A stretch of DNA of 64,000 nucleotides from Dimorphilus gyrociliatus (lineage: Eukaryota > Animalia > Annelida). Below are positions 11,985 to 25,013 of this stretch, piece by piece; within the stretch, counting starts at the first letter, position 1; the number at the start of each line of letters is the position of its first letter. The translations under genes and the position numbers were made by a program. The stretch is taken from positions 2,858,684-2,922,683 of the forward strand of contig CAJFCJ010000019.1 of NCBI GenBank assembly GCA_904063045.1, written 5' to 3'. The notes below the pieces were generated by a model. It did no database searches. It saw only the letters and a list, made by a program, of their open reading frames with translations, and was not told the origin of the DNA.

Positions 11985-14900
11985 AGAAATTGTGAGAAAT
12001 TTCAAACTGTTTAGTGCCAATTCGAAAATCGTTTCTTTGTTTATACAAAATCTTCTTCATTCATACTTTTCTTATGACTAGTTTATTTCTTGTTGATTTG
12101 CGGTTACGTATCATATTTATTGATATTCTTCAATACAGTAAACTGTAACTTTGCAGTATATTTATAAATCATTCGGAGAAAATGATATAAAGTGAACACG
12201 TAACGAGAAAATAAAAAAAGATCCTAATTATATAGTCTGTTGTAACAGTTTCTAAAGGTTATGTTACAACTTCTATAAACGTGAATTAAATAGTAGACGT
12301 TACGCATTTGATAATAAACATCTGCTACTTTGTTGTTCATATTCTTGACCTTTAGCATTTTGCATTTCTTCTCTTGTCAAGATAGTAATCCGGATAATAC
12401 TGTTGCCCCAACTGCCGAAAATTCTTTTACGTACACAATTACAATCTGCCTGCAAATATAGTTATTATTAGGTTTTACCTCGTTTTAAATAAACGATATA
12501 TACAAAGCGATCCGGAAAGCGTTGGTGTTAGTCGTTTCTATTAAAGATTAACCGCCCTTTTTTTGTCCTATGCTGTATAAACGTCAAGCGAGGCAGGGTG
12601 TTAAAAATATAATCAATATTTGATATAATCGAGAAGTACCGAGGAAACAATGGTTTAGCTATTGCTCTATAAATAGAAAATTCCAAGATATGTTTCATTT
12701 GAGACAATTGAGAATTCTAGATCTTAATATAGTCAATTCCAGAAGACGGCTGAAATAAGTTAGTTCTAATGAAAATTGAAGACGAATACTTCTAATAATG
12801 TAACAAAGCGTTTCTTCTCTTTTTCGATTAGATAAAAAAATTTCCTTGGTCTTGGTAAATATTAATTAAAGGGATTTATGGATTATACTATCTATAATAT
12901 TCACACAAGCCAATATTCCTTGGGTCAACTTATAGGATAAAAGAGTAAAAGGATAGGAAATCCTTTAAAAACAAAAATTTTGAAATGACAGTTAAAAGAA
13001 ACATTTAAGGATTGGTAAAACTTCAAAGTTGAAAATACGTAGTCAAGAACTCATAAGAAATATTTTTCACTTTTATCTCATCATGCGGGCGTCCTTGAAC
13101 TTTTTTCTTTGTTGGTTTTTTCTATTAAAATCGTTTAATCGGATTGCATTCTTTGTTAAAAAATTACATAAATACATATTAGGTTAATAAATTTCAAATG
13201 GAATTAAATATGTCATAGGAATGTCGACTAAGAGGAAAGGGAAGGGTGATAAAAAAAAAAGCTCAAACGTTTTAAGACGGCATCAAATAGGCCTTGACAA
13301 TATATTAAATGTCTTTTTCTACTAAACCTTTTTGTAATAGTAGAAAATTCCCAACTAAATCTTAATGAGTTTAGTTGTTTACATAAAGAAGGTGTGGGGT
13401 GCATGATTATAGATTATTCATCAATTTTCCATGCTTTATTTTCATATGAATAGAAACTTGCAAAAAAAAAAAACTATTGATTAATTGCCATTATTTCGCA
13501 TATTCTAATTGGCGTAGAAAGTTTAAAGTTACGTTAATTTATAAACTTAATCCCAAGTTATGAGTGATAATTATATTTACGTCATACGTATTTGCTTAAG
13601 TATTCGTCAATAACTTAAAAACGAATATATTAATTATAAATAACATTTAAAATAGTAAGTAAATTACAGAGTGAAACAATTAGCTCTCCTGTACTATAAA
13701 TAAATTATCATCTAGCAATCTTTCTTCATGTTCCAGAATTGTAAAAAGTGAAAACACACATACACGTGACAAGTAGGATAAGGTAGATTATGAATAAGCA
13801 GGGATCGAACTCTTACGACGCCGGTACTGGCGTCTAATATAATCAATTTAGATATATGCTAGAGCTATTCATTGAACAAGCCATACAATCAAACTACGAA
13901 ACTTGTAAATAAGTATTATACACTAACGCATATATACTGTACATATACAGTGTGTATGTACCGTGAGGCGTCTTTGTTGAAAACTTGACAATTGACTAAC
14001 AAGACTTTGCACTAAATTATTACCTTCCATTAGATTGAAAGAAGTGGTTAACGAGAATGTATATGAATGTATTCAAAACATAAATTACATATTTAATAGG
14101 CAATAATTGCCGTATATATAAGCTTAGTAGTATTTTTATTATATAGAATATAATATCGGAATTAATTTCTTTCAAGCTAAATAATAGAAAATAGATAACG
14201 TGATCAAAGTTTTACAAGGTCCAAATTACGATCAATTGACATTCAATATGAGATATCGCCTTGATAATGAAAGGTATTAAAAGTTTGTTCCTTTCCTATA
14301 ACCTTAATAAGAAATTTATACCTCAATAATGAAACATAATTATATTTAGAAACAAAGAAAGAAAGAAAGCAGGAAGAGAAAAAGAGAAAAGGTCGAGGAA
14401 GTAAGGAAAAGAAAGGAAATAAAGAAAGTATTGAAAAAAAACACACGCAAGAGAGTATAAAATGGCTAGGGGAAGAAAATGAAAACGTAATTCCGTCCGG
14501 ATTTTCGGACTATTTTTTTGATGTCGAAGTGCTACTTATTATAGTTCTCAAAGTCGACTATTATAAAAGAATCCTAGCTAACAAAAAGCAAACTATAGCT
14601 AGTATTACAGAAGCGACTTTTGATTTCAGTATGCGTTAATAATCTTATTTGGTGTCATTCCTGTTTTTTATTAATATTATGCTTTCTAACAGACAAATTT
14701 CTTTTAACAAACTCAAATAAGCCTGTTACAATAGTCAGATTTCCAATGAATCTATAGTTTTTCAATAAACCTTTTAGTAATACAATATAGAATAATCTAT
14801 TTAATAAGTGATATCCTACCCTCTTCGGTCTTTTAATCTTGCTTAAGACCGATTTCTCTTCAATCATAGATAGATGGCAGCATTAGTACTTCAACGGGCA

Positions 14901-16843
14901 TATTCGCATTGCGGCTTTGATGAAAATTTTAACAACAATATCGAAATTCTGCTTGGCTATTATTTTGTAAAAGCAGTACATACATTTTTAATCAATTGGC
15001 CAACTTGTCGTTTGCTTATGCAGTACTCTGTATACTACGAATTGTAAACAGCTCATGACAGATCGCTATTTCACGCCGGTGAGCTACATAAGTAATAGTA
15101 AACAGGCGCTTTTCGAACAGAAGCGGCGTCTAGAAAGAACAAAAAGGCGGTAATATAAAAGGTGATCAATCGACGCAAACATTTGTCTGTTCTTCGTTTA
15201 CATTCGCATCAATCTCGCTAATTTTAATACCTTTCCATGGACTCTGGCTTTTCCCTTCGTTTTAATTTAAATTGTTGAATGCTGATTAAAGACATAGGCC
15301 AATTAAATAAGAAAAAAAATCGTGATTATGTCATTTGAAAATTTAAAATCCTAAGTTATTGTCTCCCTAAAAGTAGAGGTCATGAAGATAAAAAGCAAAC
15401 GTGCGCACCATAAAAAGCGAAAAAGTACTCCAAATAGATTGACATATAAGCAAAAAAAGCATTACATTTTAAGAAGACTAGAAAATAGGTATTCTCCATC
15501 AGGTGTAAAATCGAAAAACGTTAAAACAAGTAAGGTTTTTAATTTAATTATCTGATTTCTTTCAATAGGGCTTATTGTAACTGATCGAAAATCTCACGAA
15601 AGACAAAAGATTACTGAAAAGAGACATTATGGAAGTTATTACACTACGATGAGATAGGGATAGCTGTAGATGGCGCGATAAAGACTCGTTTATAGTTTTT
15701 GCAAACGATTACGGACTGGCTACAGTTAAAAGAATTGCGTTAAATGATTGTTGACTATTAATAATTTAGAATCGCTTTAGCAAGTGCAATAAAAACAGGC
15801 AAACACGTCGTTTGAAAATTCATTTAGAAACGGCATCCACACGCACATTTCTAATCGTAGTAAAGTTGGCAAATTAATTACAGCGTCGATATCGTGGCGT
15901 CCGGCCTTCGCATAAAGGAATGATTCAAAGTAAGAGAAAAAAAACGCCGCTGCTCTGCATTATGCAACATGCACGCGAATCGATCGGCGTGAGAGAAAAA
16001 CGCTTAATTCGTTAGGGCGTCGAAAAAGCGGCGTTATAGATTTAATTAGGCGAGACTTATAGCTTCGGAGAACAAGAAAGAAAGAGGAGGACGAAAAAAT
16101 GAAAGGAAACGTCATATTCGGCTCAGGCTGAAGGCGCATTAACGAAGTGAGTGGAGTTGCGGAAATTAAGAGAAATTAAAAGGCGGACTTCAAACGATGC
16201 GCTGCTTTTTTTTTTAAAGGAGCACGTCGAAAAGAGAACAGTTAAGTAGACAAAAGTGCAATAAAAGAGCGATCTACCTTAATCAACTGTCAGTAAACTG
16301 AAGTGTTTATGATATAAGAAAGTATTTGTTTATATAAATTGGCAAAGGAAAAGGTATACTGTGACACAGAGTTGTGGACAAAGCTATTTTCTATGAATTA
16401 ATAGACATACAAAGCGAACATGTTGTGTATATAAATTGTATACTCATACGATAAATAATTAGTGGTATCAGTACCTATCACTTAGCAAACTTATACACTC
16501 ATCAACAAATCATTGACTACGGAGGAATGTGACTGCAATGCAAACATGGATAACATACGACAAACAAGGCATAGAACAAAGCCAAAGCCGTCAAATAGCG
16601 TCTATGCCTTAAGTAATTTCATTATGCTTAGCCAAGTAAAGAATATATGGAGGTTGGCCCCGCTACGAACAACATTTCACGGGCGTCTCTTTTGCTATAT
16701 CGGACAATAGTAGATCCCTTTTCATCTCCACTCCGGCACGCGTAGCAATCATCAATCAATTCGATCACCAGGCGTCGCCAGTGAATCTATGTTACCGTTC
16801 ATTTAGACGCTTGGTCATTAAAGCGTCTATACCGGTGAACGTC

Positions 16844-19800
16844 ATGGTAAGTAAAAAATTTTTTTTTGCACTTTACGAAGCAAAACTGGATACAGTACAT
16901 TGTGCGTATTCTTCTAATTAATCTGTTAATTACATATCTCGCTCTTGTAGCGCCTCTCTACATTCAGTGCCGCCCCATCTACATAGATTGCTTAACATTT
17001 TTATAAAAGCGTTCTAATAGTGTCTAATCCGGCGCAATATTTTCTGCTGATTAGATAATGGCGCCAGGCAATTACTTTAGGGAACTCCGTCGGGCGGCAC
17101 ATTGTAGAGAGAAAATAGAGGAGAAAAATGAGGCGGAACGTAGCGAAATAAATGAAAGACAAACTAGGCGGAACGACTAAAGTAAATGTTTGACACTGTA
17201 AAGAAAACAAGGTTGGAAGAAGAGGGTTGAGAGTGAGTGAGAGAAGAGAGTTTGAGTAAGAGTTGAGTAAATGAATAAATGAGAGGCTAAAAGTAGAAAA
17301 GAACAGCCAAGTTGATAGAACAACAGGCTTAAAGAGAGGATAACCAAGAATAGATCATAAGACATGAAAATGCTTTGATTGAAGGAACTCGTAAGACTGA
17401 TATTTTAGAGTGAGTGAAACAGAAAATTTAACAGTAAGAGAAAGAGAAGCAGACAGGAAAGGCGGAGCCCACTCAACTCTTATCAATTAATCATTTTAAA
17501 AGTCTTATCGAACCGTATCGAGCGTGGAAACGGAGAACGTCGCGTGACGACGTCAAGCTGTCAGAACAGCACAACGCCAACGTCCATCGGCAACTTAAAA
17601 CTCTTCGAAGCATTTTCAAAGTATACAAAATTCGTGCCAACGGTGATCGATTGGGCGATGAGTGAAAAGTAACAGTGGAAAAGAAAAAAAAACATACGAA
17701 CTTATTCAACTTTGCCGTCCCGATGTCTATTCATGAAGCTGATTCGGTCAAGCGCACATCGCACCTTTCAGCTTTCCTATTCAATTAGCGTCAAAGGCTC
17801 GCTGAACCTATTTATAGACAGGGCTATTTACATATGCATATATATGATTTTGTCCAAAATAAAAAACCTTTTCCAATCGATTTGCCGGAATTGCGGCGTT
17901 GGTAAAAAGCGGAAAACGATTGATTATAAATAACCCGCCTTTTGAAATTCGAACGACTCATCTTGCAACTATTTTTTTATATCCCTTTTTCCCTTCATAG
18001 AGCCTGATCGACTCCTACTATTTTTCGGTCTTCATAGTCTGCTGTGTGTCAGGTAAATATAATATATATTACTTTTTAAAAGAGTATTGCTAAAAAAATC
18101 CTTTCCATGTAATCTTATGCATATTTATAAGCGTATAAATTTAAATGTTTATAAATTGTATATGATGCACATACTATACAGTATATAAATGGATATTTGC
18201 ATATGCAGTATATACAATTTGTATCATGCTATATTTCATTGAGGATAAAAAGCAAAGTCCTAAAATGATTATGCTCAGCACTATAATAAGCAATAAATAT
18301 AAAATTTTTTTATATATATATACAATATGTATATGTGGATAGATCACTTTATGCATAGATATTATAAATGGAATGTTCTTAGCCCCCCCTTTTTTCACCT
18401 TTTTTTTACACAAATGCATGAACATAAACGGCTTCTAGAGACTGACATCAAAGGAAACGCATTTACTAAAGTGCTTGTATAATGCCACTAACCGCCCCCT
18501 CCCTCCCATATTTTTACAAGGGTACTGATTTTTGGAATACGAACTTGTTACTGCAACAATACGTTAGCCGGACGTGGTCAAGTGTGGGAATAGTCGTAAA
18601 AGTAACGAGCTATATAGGCGCGACATTGCCGAACGGCCAAAAGCCTCTTCAACACGCAATTATTCGTTCGCTTAATTGCTTTTCGAACGGCCTGACATTT
18701 GGTCGGCGAGTAGGGTTGCGGGGAGGAAGTAAGCGACTAATGCAACGGCGTCGCTCGTTCAATTGGCGAGATTGAGTCACGAAATGCACCTACGTTTTCT
18801 ATCCCCCATTTCTTATTTTCTCATTCTCAATTTAATGCTCACATTACCAATATTACTGTATATATATAGAAAGCACACTATAAAAATGAACTCACTATTT
18901 TATAAAAATGCAGGGGTTATATCCAAATGGAGGGAATATTGCGCAACTGAAACATTTCATCCGAATTGTCCACCGGGTTATTACGTCTTCATTACTTACG
19001 CTGAGTAAGTTTGAATTCCTATTTTCTATAGGCTTTCTACGACTGTACAAAATAAATCATACTTTTTTTTTCCACCAAAAAAAAAGATTCGGTCGAATGA
19101 ACGATGGCCGTTGTATAACGGGAAATTATGGCGTACTCGGATGCGCAACTAACGTAGAAGCTGTGCTGAACCGAATGTGTTCCGGTCTACAAAGATGTCA
19201 AGTTAGGATTCCGGATGGGCGGTTCGAAGTGAAAAAGTCTTGTCCGAGGGATTTACGACGGTATTTGAACGCGTCGTATATTTGCGTGCCGAGTAAGTTC
19301 CGTTCTCCTATACAGGTCACGTGATATTTTACTTATAAACTTAATGCTACAGTCATCGACTTGCCGGAAGAGATTTGCCATTCGCATGGTCCGTTCGAGC
19401 TTCGGAACGATACCGGCTTTGTTGCAAGCAGGTCAATTCGACATCTTTCCTGCTCTCCGTTATCTTTCACTATTCATGGAGAGCCAGGGAGGCAAGTGGC
19501 CGTAAGTTTGTTCGATTGGACACTAAGCACGACCAACTATCGATGCCAATCAATCGGACTCGTATCGGATTCGCGTCGAAATGTCTCGTTGTGTGCTGGA
19601 CGCTCGGGTCTAATTTTCAACTCAACTTCAGAGAAAGTAAAGGTTACTTTAACAAGCGGACAAGGGGATTTCTTATTAAAGTATACAATTACTGGATGTC
19701 GGGATCCAGTTATGCCCTCAGGAAAATCATGGTTAAGGCGTCAAGGTGATGATGCGCTGCTAGGCTGTAATGCAACGAAACGCAATTGGAAGCTCACATG

Positions 19801-20619
19801 TGTCCACGGTAGATGGCGTGGTAAGAAAGCATATTCTTGCCCTGAAGGTATTAGATCTATGACTCTTCTTATTCTTAATGTATTCTCTCCTCTATGTAAA
19901 GTGCACTTGTCTACCTAGAACGAAGTGGCGACGAAGACGAACGCGTAGGCATTGATAACTGGAATGAAATGTCATTACCGCAAGGTAACTGCTTGATCAG
20001 ACGTGCATTAACAACAGCAATTCGCTGCTAATGAGTCACTGTATTATCGCCTAGACTTTTCGTCTATAATTATTCTTCTTTACGCAGGTGTCTCTGTCGC
20101 GATAATCATAGGTACTGCTTTAGTAGTCGGCGTTATCATTCTAGTCATCGGTTTAATGTGTCTCGAAAGGTAAATGTCATGCTAGACTCTTCGTTTACCA
20201 ATATTAGGCAGACTCTAACATTTATGCTCCCCTGCTACAGGCTTCGGAAAGCATCAAATTCAACAGCATCTGAGCCAGATATTTATTTACATGCTCTTAT
20301 GCCACCAGGAGGCGGAAATACTATAGAAGATAATAAGCCTGACGTGACGGCTTATTATGAAAGGACAGCAACAATAAATAAGAAACCAAGAGGAGATTTA
20401 AATGTTCATGAATTATATGGTTGCGTCCACGACGATGTTGATTTGCAATCCCTGAAGATGGCAAGGAAAAGAAATGACACTGATGAGAATAATGTTCGAT
20501 TTTTGACATTACCCGTTAGGAGCATTCTGTGTAAGAATACTAATATTCAGCAAGCGTCAGCTCAAAAATTGCTAGACGCTAGTCAATTAGCTAATCTTCC
20601 CGATTCGGCTTTCTCTTGA
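16844..20619 (+). CDS. Type I membrane protein: signal peptide, SUEL/Gal-lectin domain, CUB-like domain, sushi-like domain, TM helix, cytoplasmic tail (~457 aa)
   Basis: Exons: 16844-16846 (ATG only), 18001-18052, 18914-19004, 19087-19292, 19353-19847, 19919-19984, 20088-20169, 20241-20619 (sum 1374 nt). The SUEL pattern is YCATETFHPNCPPG...AEFGRMNDGRC...C...CSGLQRC...SCP...YLNASYICV. The TM helix is VSVAIIIGTALVVGVIILVIGLMCL. Confidence 0.83.
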
Positions 20620-22666
20620 AGGAATTTTTCTACCCTTGCACAATTATACACTCTCTCGTTGTAAAACATCTTCAATTAACTCTACTGCTGCAAAACCACT
20701 TTTGTTATAGATTCTGTATAAATAATTATACATATACCGTATGTATATAAAATAAATATATATATACAGTATACTTAGTATAAAGTATATTAAAATATAC
20801 ATATACTGTATACAAATATATGAAGTATACGCATATTACTGCCATTATATTGAGAAAGAAAAGGCTAGTACCATACGTTGGAAATGGAGGAAAAGGCTTT
20901 AAAGTTTGATGGCTTTTTTTTGCTAAAGGGCTTCAGAATATAGGTTTATGTTATTAAAAGATTAATAATTAAAACCTGTTATTTGTTATTTCTAAATTTG
21001 AATTGAAGATAATCCATCAAATATTTAGGGCTCATTTATTATTTTTTAATGTATAGTTATAATTTTTTAATTTATGTAAGTAAATAAAGAAAAACTTTAA
21101 ATTTACGAAGATAGCTTTTTGCCATATGCCATCTTGCGGTTGAGATTATCATATGAATATTTCTTAAAATTTATGAAAAATTAAAAGTATACGTAGTCTT
21201 TCAAAATTTTAAAAATGAACGATTTATTCTATGTTTATATTTGATCAACTTAAGCTTAGACTAATTCCCTATGCACATTTCCCTAAAAAGCCTTCTTATT
21301 CTATTTTAGAGTTGATAGATCTTCGCAATCTAGACAAATTCTACGTTTTTGAAAAACTGAATTAATAACATGTTTTTGTTGAAGTCGGATAAAAGCAGCA
21401 AGTAGTTTTGAGGATATATACAGATTTGCACTTTAATGGGTGTTCTCGATAGTCTAGCCCTATGTGAGACGGAAAAAAAAAACATTATGCAAATTATAAA
21501 GCATCATTTCAGAAATATATGAAAAGAAAATGATTCATGTACAATTAAAGGTATTTTTTTTGTTTTCTACCGGAATACAAACAGATAATAATTTTATAAC
21601 AAAGCAATAGAGATGAAAGTCTATGCTCTTCGGCATAGAAAATTGATTATAACAGCAAAAAATTGTTTTGTTTACAAGTCATTCATCAACGACTCAGCTC
21701 TCTACCCTTGTTTCTCAATATGATGATACTAACTCAAGTACTCAGCCTGTTTCAAAGACAGTGATTAACTGACATGTTAAACGGTTGGAGCCAAACTAAA
21801 AAACATAGCTCCTTGAAGACAAATGCATTGTAACTTGTTTATCGATAAATACAGGAAAACAACTGATTATTCTTTAGACATTTTCTTTCGAATAGGAGAC
21901 GAAGAATAAATTCAATAAGAAGATCTATGTAAAACAATTGAATTGTCAAAGATTTTTACCTATAGGTACTTCGGCCCTATTGGTTTATGTCCCTATCCGC
22001 AAGCAATTTAATACGAGTTTTGATGGTATAGAGAGAGCTTGTACTCTGTTATCACAGGCCGAAAGTGAGTGCTTATTCGAATGCGTTTGTAGTGACTAGT
22101 GACTACCTGCCGCTCTGCAAGGCTGTTTTCATTCACGCATGGCATGATTCCATTTATTCTATGGTGAAATTTGCGAAGTCACGTTTGTCTAAAATGACAT
22201 ACATCTGAATTTATTCCCTCCCTCTTTTCATATGACAAAAAAAGCATCATAATATTTAAAATATACTTTTTGTTTAAAGTTAGGTACCTAAGGCTTAGAT
22301 TGATTGAATTATCGTTATATTTATCTATAGATTTTATAAGAAATCCGTAAATTTACTAATTAATTGTCACAGCCAACTCAATTAACCGTTCTAAGGTTTT
22401 GTTCTCATCATCTGTAGCAATAGTGTAGAGTGAGAAGTTTCACCTTTCACTTTTCGAATAAGCAATAATACTTGGGCCTACACTTGCGACTCAACAGGTT
22501 TTAAACGGTTCAATTAGCAAAATTTGAACAATTCTAGCAACCTGTTGACCGCCTTACATGAAACGGTATTTCGACTTATATCCTATTTCCTCGTTAGTAA
22601 ACGCGCTAATTAGACAGTGAGTTTAGTAATCTGGAGGAGGACTTAGGATTTTCATTCGACTGTTCA

Positions 22667-23404
22667 ATGATGGCTGAGGAAAATCGAGCAATGAATCTTG
22701 TTCTCCCCACTGTTCATGGACCCTTGATGCCGCTTCAAGATTATAAGGAAAGCTGCTATTTACCAAGTTACCTGCAAAGTTGTCTTGAATATGACTCATC
22801 TACGTTTCAAGACATGACCCGGTATTTGAAAATGGATAATAGGCAATATGCAGAATCTCTTAATTATGTTACCAGTATGTGCAACAGCCCTTGCACTTCT
22901 TCCCCCACTGCAATGTTAAATGATTCGGGTTACGGAACGCCTACCGCCGAAACGCCTCCCTCGAGGAATCAAATTGGTGAAGAGAAGAAAAGATATTATA
23001 AGGATTATAGGCAAATGTGTCACTTGCAAAACGGTCGAAATAGAACAGGAAATAGTTACATAAGCATGATTGCAAGGTGTATTTTACAGTCAAAAGATAT
23101 GAAATGTTCAATAGAAGATATATATTCATATATAGAAAAATGTCATCCAGAATATAGGTGTTCTTATAGAGGATGGAGAAGTTCAGTCAGATATACGTTA
23201 AGCGTTCAAACATGCTTTATAAAAGGAGAGCATGTTAAAAATAAAAGAGGAAATTTCTGGCATATATCACCCTGTTATATTGAACAATTCAAAAGAGGAG
23301 ATTTCACAAATGTATTTAGAAGCCGATTAAGAAGAAGCAGAGATCAACAAAAAATCTCAGCAAATTGTGATTTAAAAAACTCAACGCCTGGTCCTTATTC
23401 ATAA
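22667..23404 (+). CDS. foxQ2: Divergent forkhead-box transcription factor, FoxQ2-like, intronless
   Basis: Forkhead domain SYISMIARCILQSKDMKCSIEDIYSYIEK...W...LSVQTCFIK...GNFWHISP. The wing ending YIEQFKRGDF resembles the FoxQ2 HP..LEDFxRGDF signature. The subfamily call is tentative. Confidence 0.8.
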   Translation: MMAEENRAMNLVLPTVHGPLMPLQDYKESCYLPSYLQSCLEYDSSTFQDMTRYLKMDNRQYAESLNYVTSMCNSPCTSSPTAMLNDSGYGTPTAETPPSRNQIGEEKKRYYKDYRQMCHLQNGRNRTGNSYISMIARCILQSKDMKCSIEDIYSYIEKCHPEYRCSYRGWRSSVRYTLSVQTCFIKGEHVKNKRGNFWHISPCYIEQFKRGDFTNVFRSRLRRSRDQQKISANCDLKNSTPGPYS

Positions 23405-23698
23405 CGACAATTTATATTTTTTTGCTTTTATAAAGGGCTTTTTTTTTAAAAACTTTTATATTCTTCATCCTTGTTCTTGTTTTTAATTTAAAAATTTCCT
23501 TTTACGAAAATTGATAAAAAAAAATATTAAAATAATCGTGTGAAAACTTATTCTCTTTTTTGACAATATTTATATTGATACGGTATAAAAACCCACACGT
23601 CAAAATATCAAATGCTGTAGGCTTTATTTGATTGGCATTTGCATATACAAATATGATCAATCACAGGAGCGTCAGGGCAATTTTCTATTCGTTTCGTG

Positions 23699-24700
23699 AT
23701 GGGTAATAAGCAAGTCATTTTCACTAAAGAACAATTTGATATCTATCAGGTAAAAATTATATAAAAGAAATCGGTCTCATTTACTTTGATTTTTACTTTC
23801 TAACGAACCAGGATTGTACTTACTTTACCAAAAAGGATATCCTGAGGTATCTATCAGCTAAATAAACTATTTGGATATAAATGAATGTTAGAAGCATTAT
23901 TGAGACGACCCTAAAAGCTTTTATCTTCAGAATATATAACCGGTACAAAGAATTGTTTCCGAATCGCGTTCCATCTCAAATGTCTATAGGTAACGCCCAA
24001 AATTTTCGACTACCAATCAAATTGATTGAAAGAATGCCAGAATTTAAGGTCTCTATAAACTTCCTATTTGTTTTTATAGTGCATAAGAATGTTATTGATT
24101 ATAAAGTTCTTTTCTTCTAGGAAAATCCTTTCCGGCACAGAATTTGCAGTGCTTTTATAGACGCCACTAATAAAGACGGAATGTCATTTAATGAATTTCT
24201 TAATATGTTTTCAGTCTTTACAGAGGCAGCTCCTCTACAATTAAAGATCTACTGGGCATTCCAGATTTACGGTAGAGTCATATTTGAAATAATTATGTAA
24301 AAAAACTGTTCCGCAATTCTAATCTGCAATTTCAGATTTTAATGAGGATGGTTATCTAAGTAAAGATGATCTAAAAAAAACCATTCTATGTTTGACTAAA
24401 GGTCAAGCAGAGGCTGATGAACTTAAGCTTATTTGTGAAAAGGTGAAATTGAGCGTTTAAGCGTCTTTTATAAAAGTATCATTTGTTTTCCCTCTTTGTA
24501 TAATTATGGCTTGGATGTAATTACAGATAATGGAGGAAGCTGATCTGGATAACGACAACCAATTATCCTTTGACGAATTTGAGCACGCAATGGAAAGGTG
24601 TCCAGAGTTTGTAAAGTTAGTAAGATCAATAATTTTTGCAGATATTCAATTATTTAATAATACCCTTGCTTTTTACAGTACTTTTCATATAAGAATATAA
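23699..24700 (+). CDS. CIB2/3: Calcium- and integrin-binding protein, CIB2/CIB3-like (190 aa); absent from the ORF track because of short exons
   Basis: Exons: 23699-23749, 23812-23846, 23931-24048, 24121-24271, 24336-24442, 24527-24615, 24679-24700 (573 nt). The N-terminus [29 protein letters not shown] has a myristoylation Gly. Other hallmarks: ENPFRHRIC, EF hands DFNEDGYLSKDDL and DLDNDNQLSFDEF, and the C-terminus TFHIRI. Confidence 0.95.
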
Positions 24701-25013
24701 AAACGGAAATTTGAAAGCAACTATTAAAGTTCATATGAGTCTATTGCAACCAGCAAACCGAATAAAAGAGAAATTTACTCATCGATCTTAATTAAATATT
24801 GTGCTCGAGAGAATAAACAAGACGAAACAAATAAATTAAACTCTTCTTGATTCGCTTTTTTAATATTCCCCAGTTGATAGTAGCGAATTAAAGTGTGCAT
24901 ATATGATGAAATTAACCGTAGAATTACCAATAGAAATGAGTTACTTAATATGAGATATATATATAGATATATATAGAAGATCATAAATGTTTTGTTCAGT
25001 CGGTATTCTCGGC

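Noticed and set aside
12300-12460. Minus-strand fragment reading QQYYPDYYLDKRR, neuropeptide-like
   Set aside because: No signal peptide or linkable upstream exon was found, and the only bracketing GT-AG intervals are under 30 nt.
14243-14867. ORFs 14243-14446 and 14655-14867
   Set aside because: The first is the complement of a polypurine tract; the second is K/L/I/N-rich as expected for random AT-rich DNA and has no splice partners.
17001-18775. Several 60-100 aa ORFs inside the first two introns of the lectin gene
   Set aside because: Low-complexity or intronic, with no motifs; explained by AG-rich and AT-rich composition.
3898-19819. AGATGGCG copies at 3899 and 19811
   Set aside because: Both lie in coding exons (19811 encodes Arg-Trp-Arg), so they are not counted as regulatory sites.
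21720-21785. Possible C/D-box snoRNA (ATGATGA ... CTGA)
   Set aside because: No convincing terminal stem, not in an identified intron, and these short boxes are common by chance.
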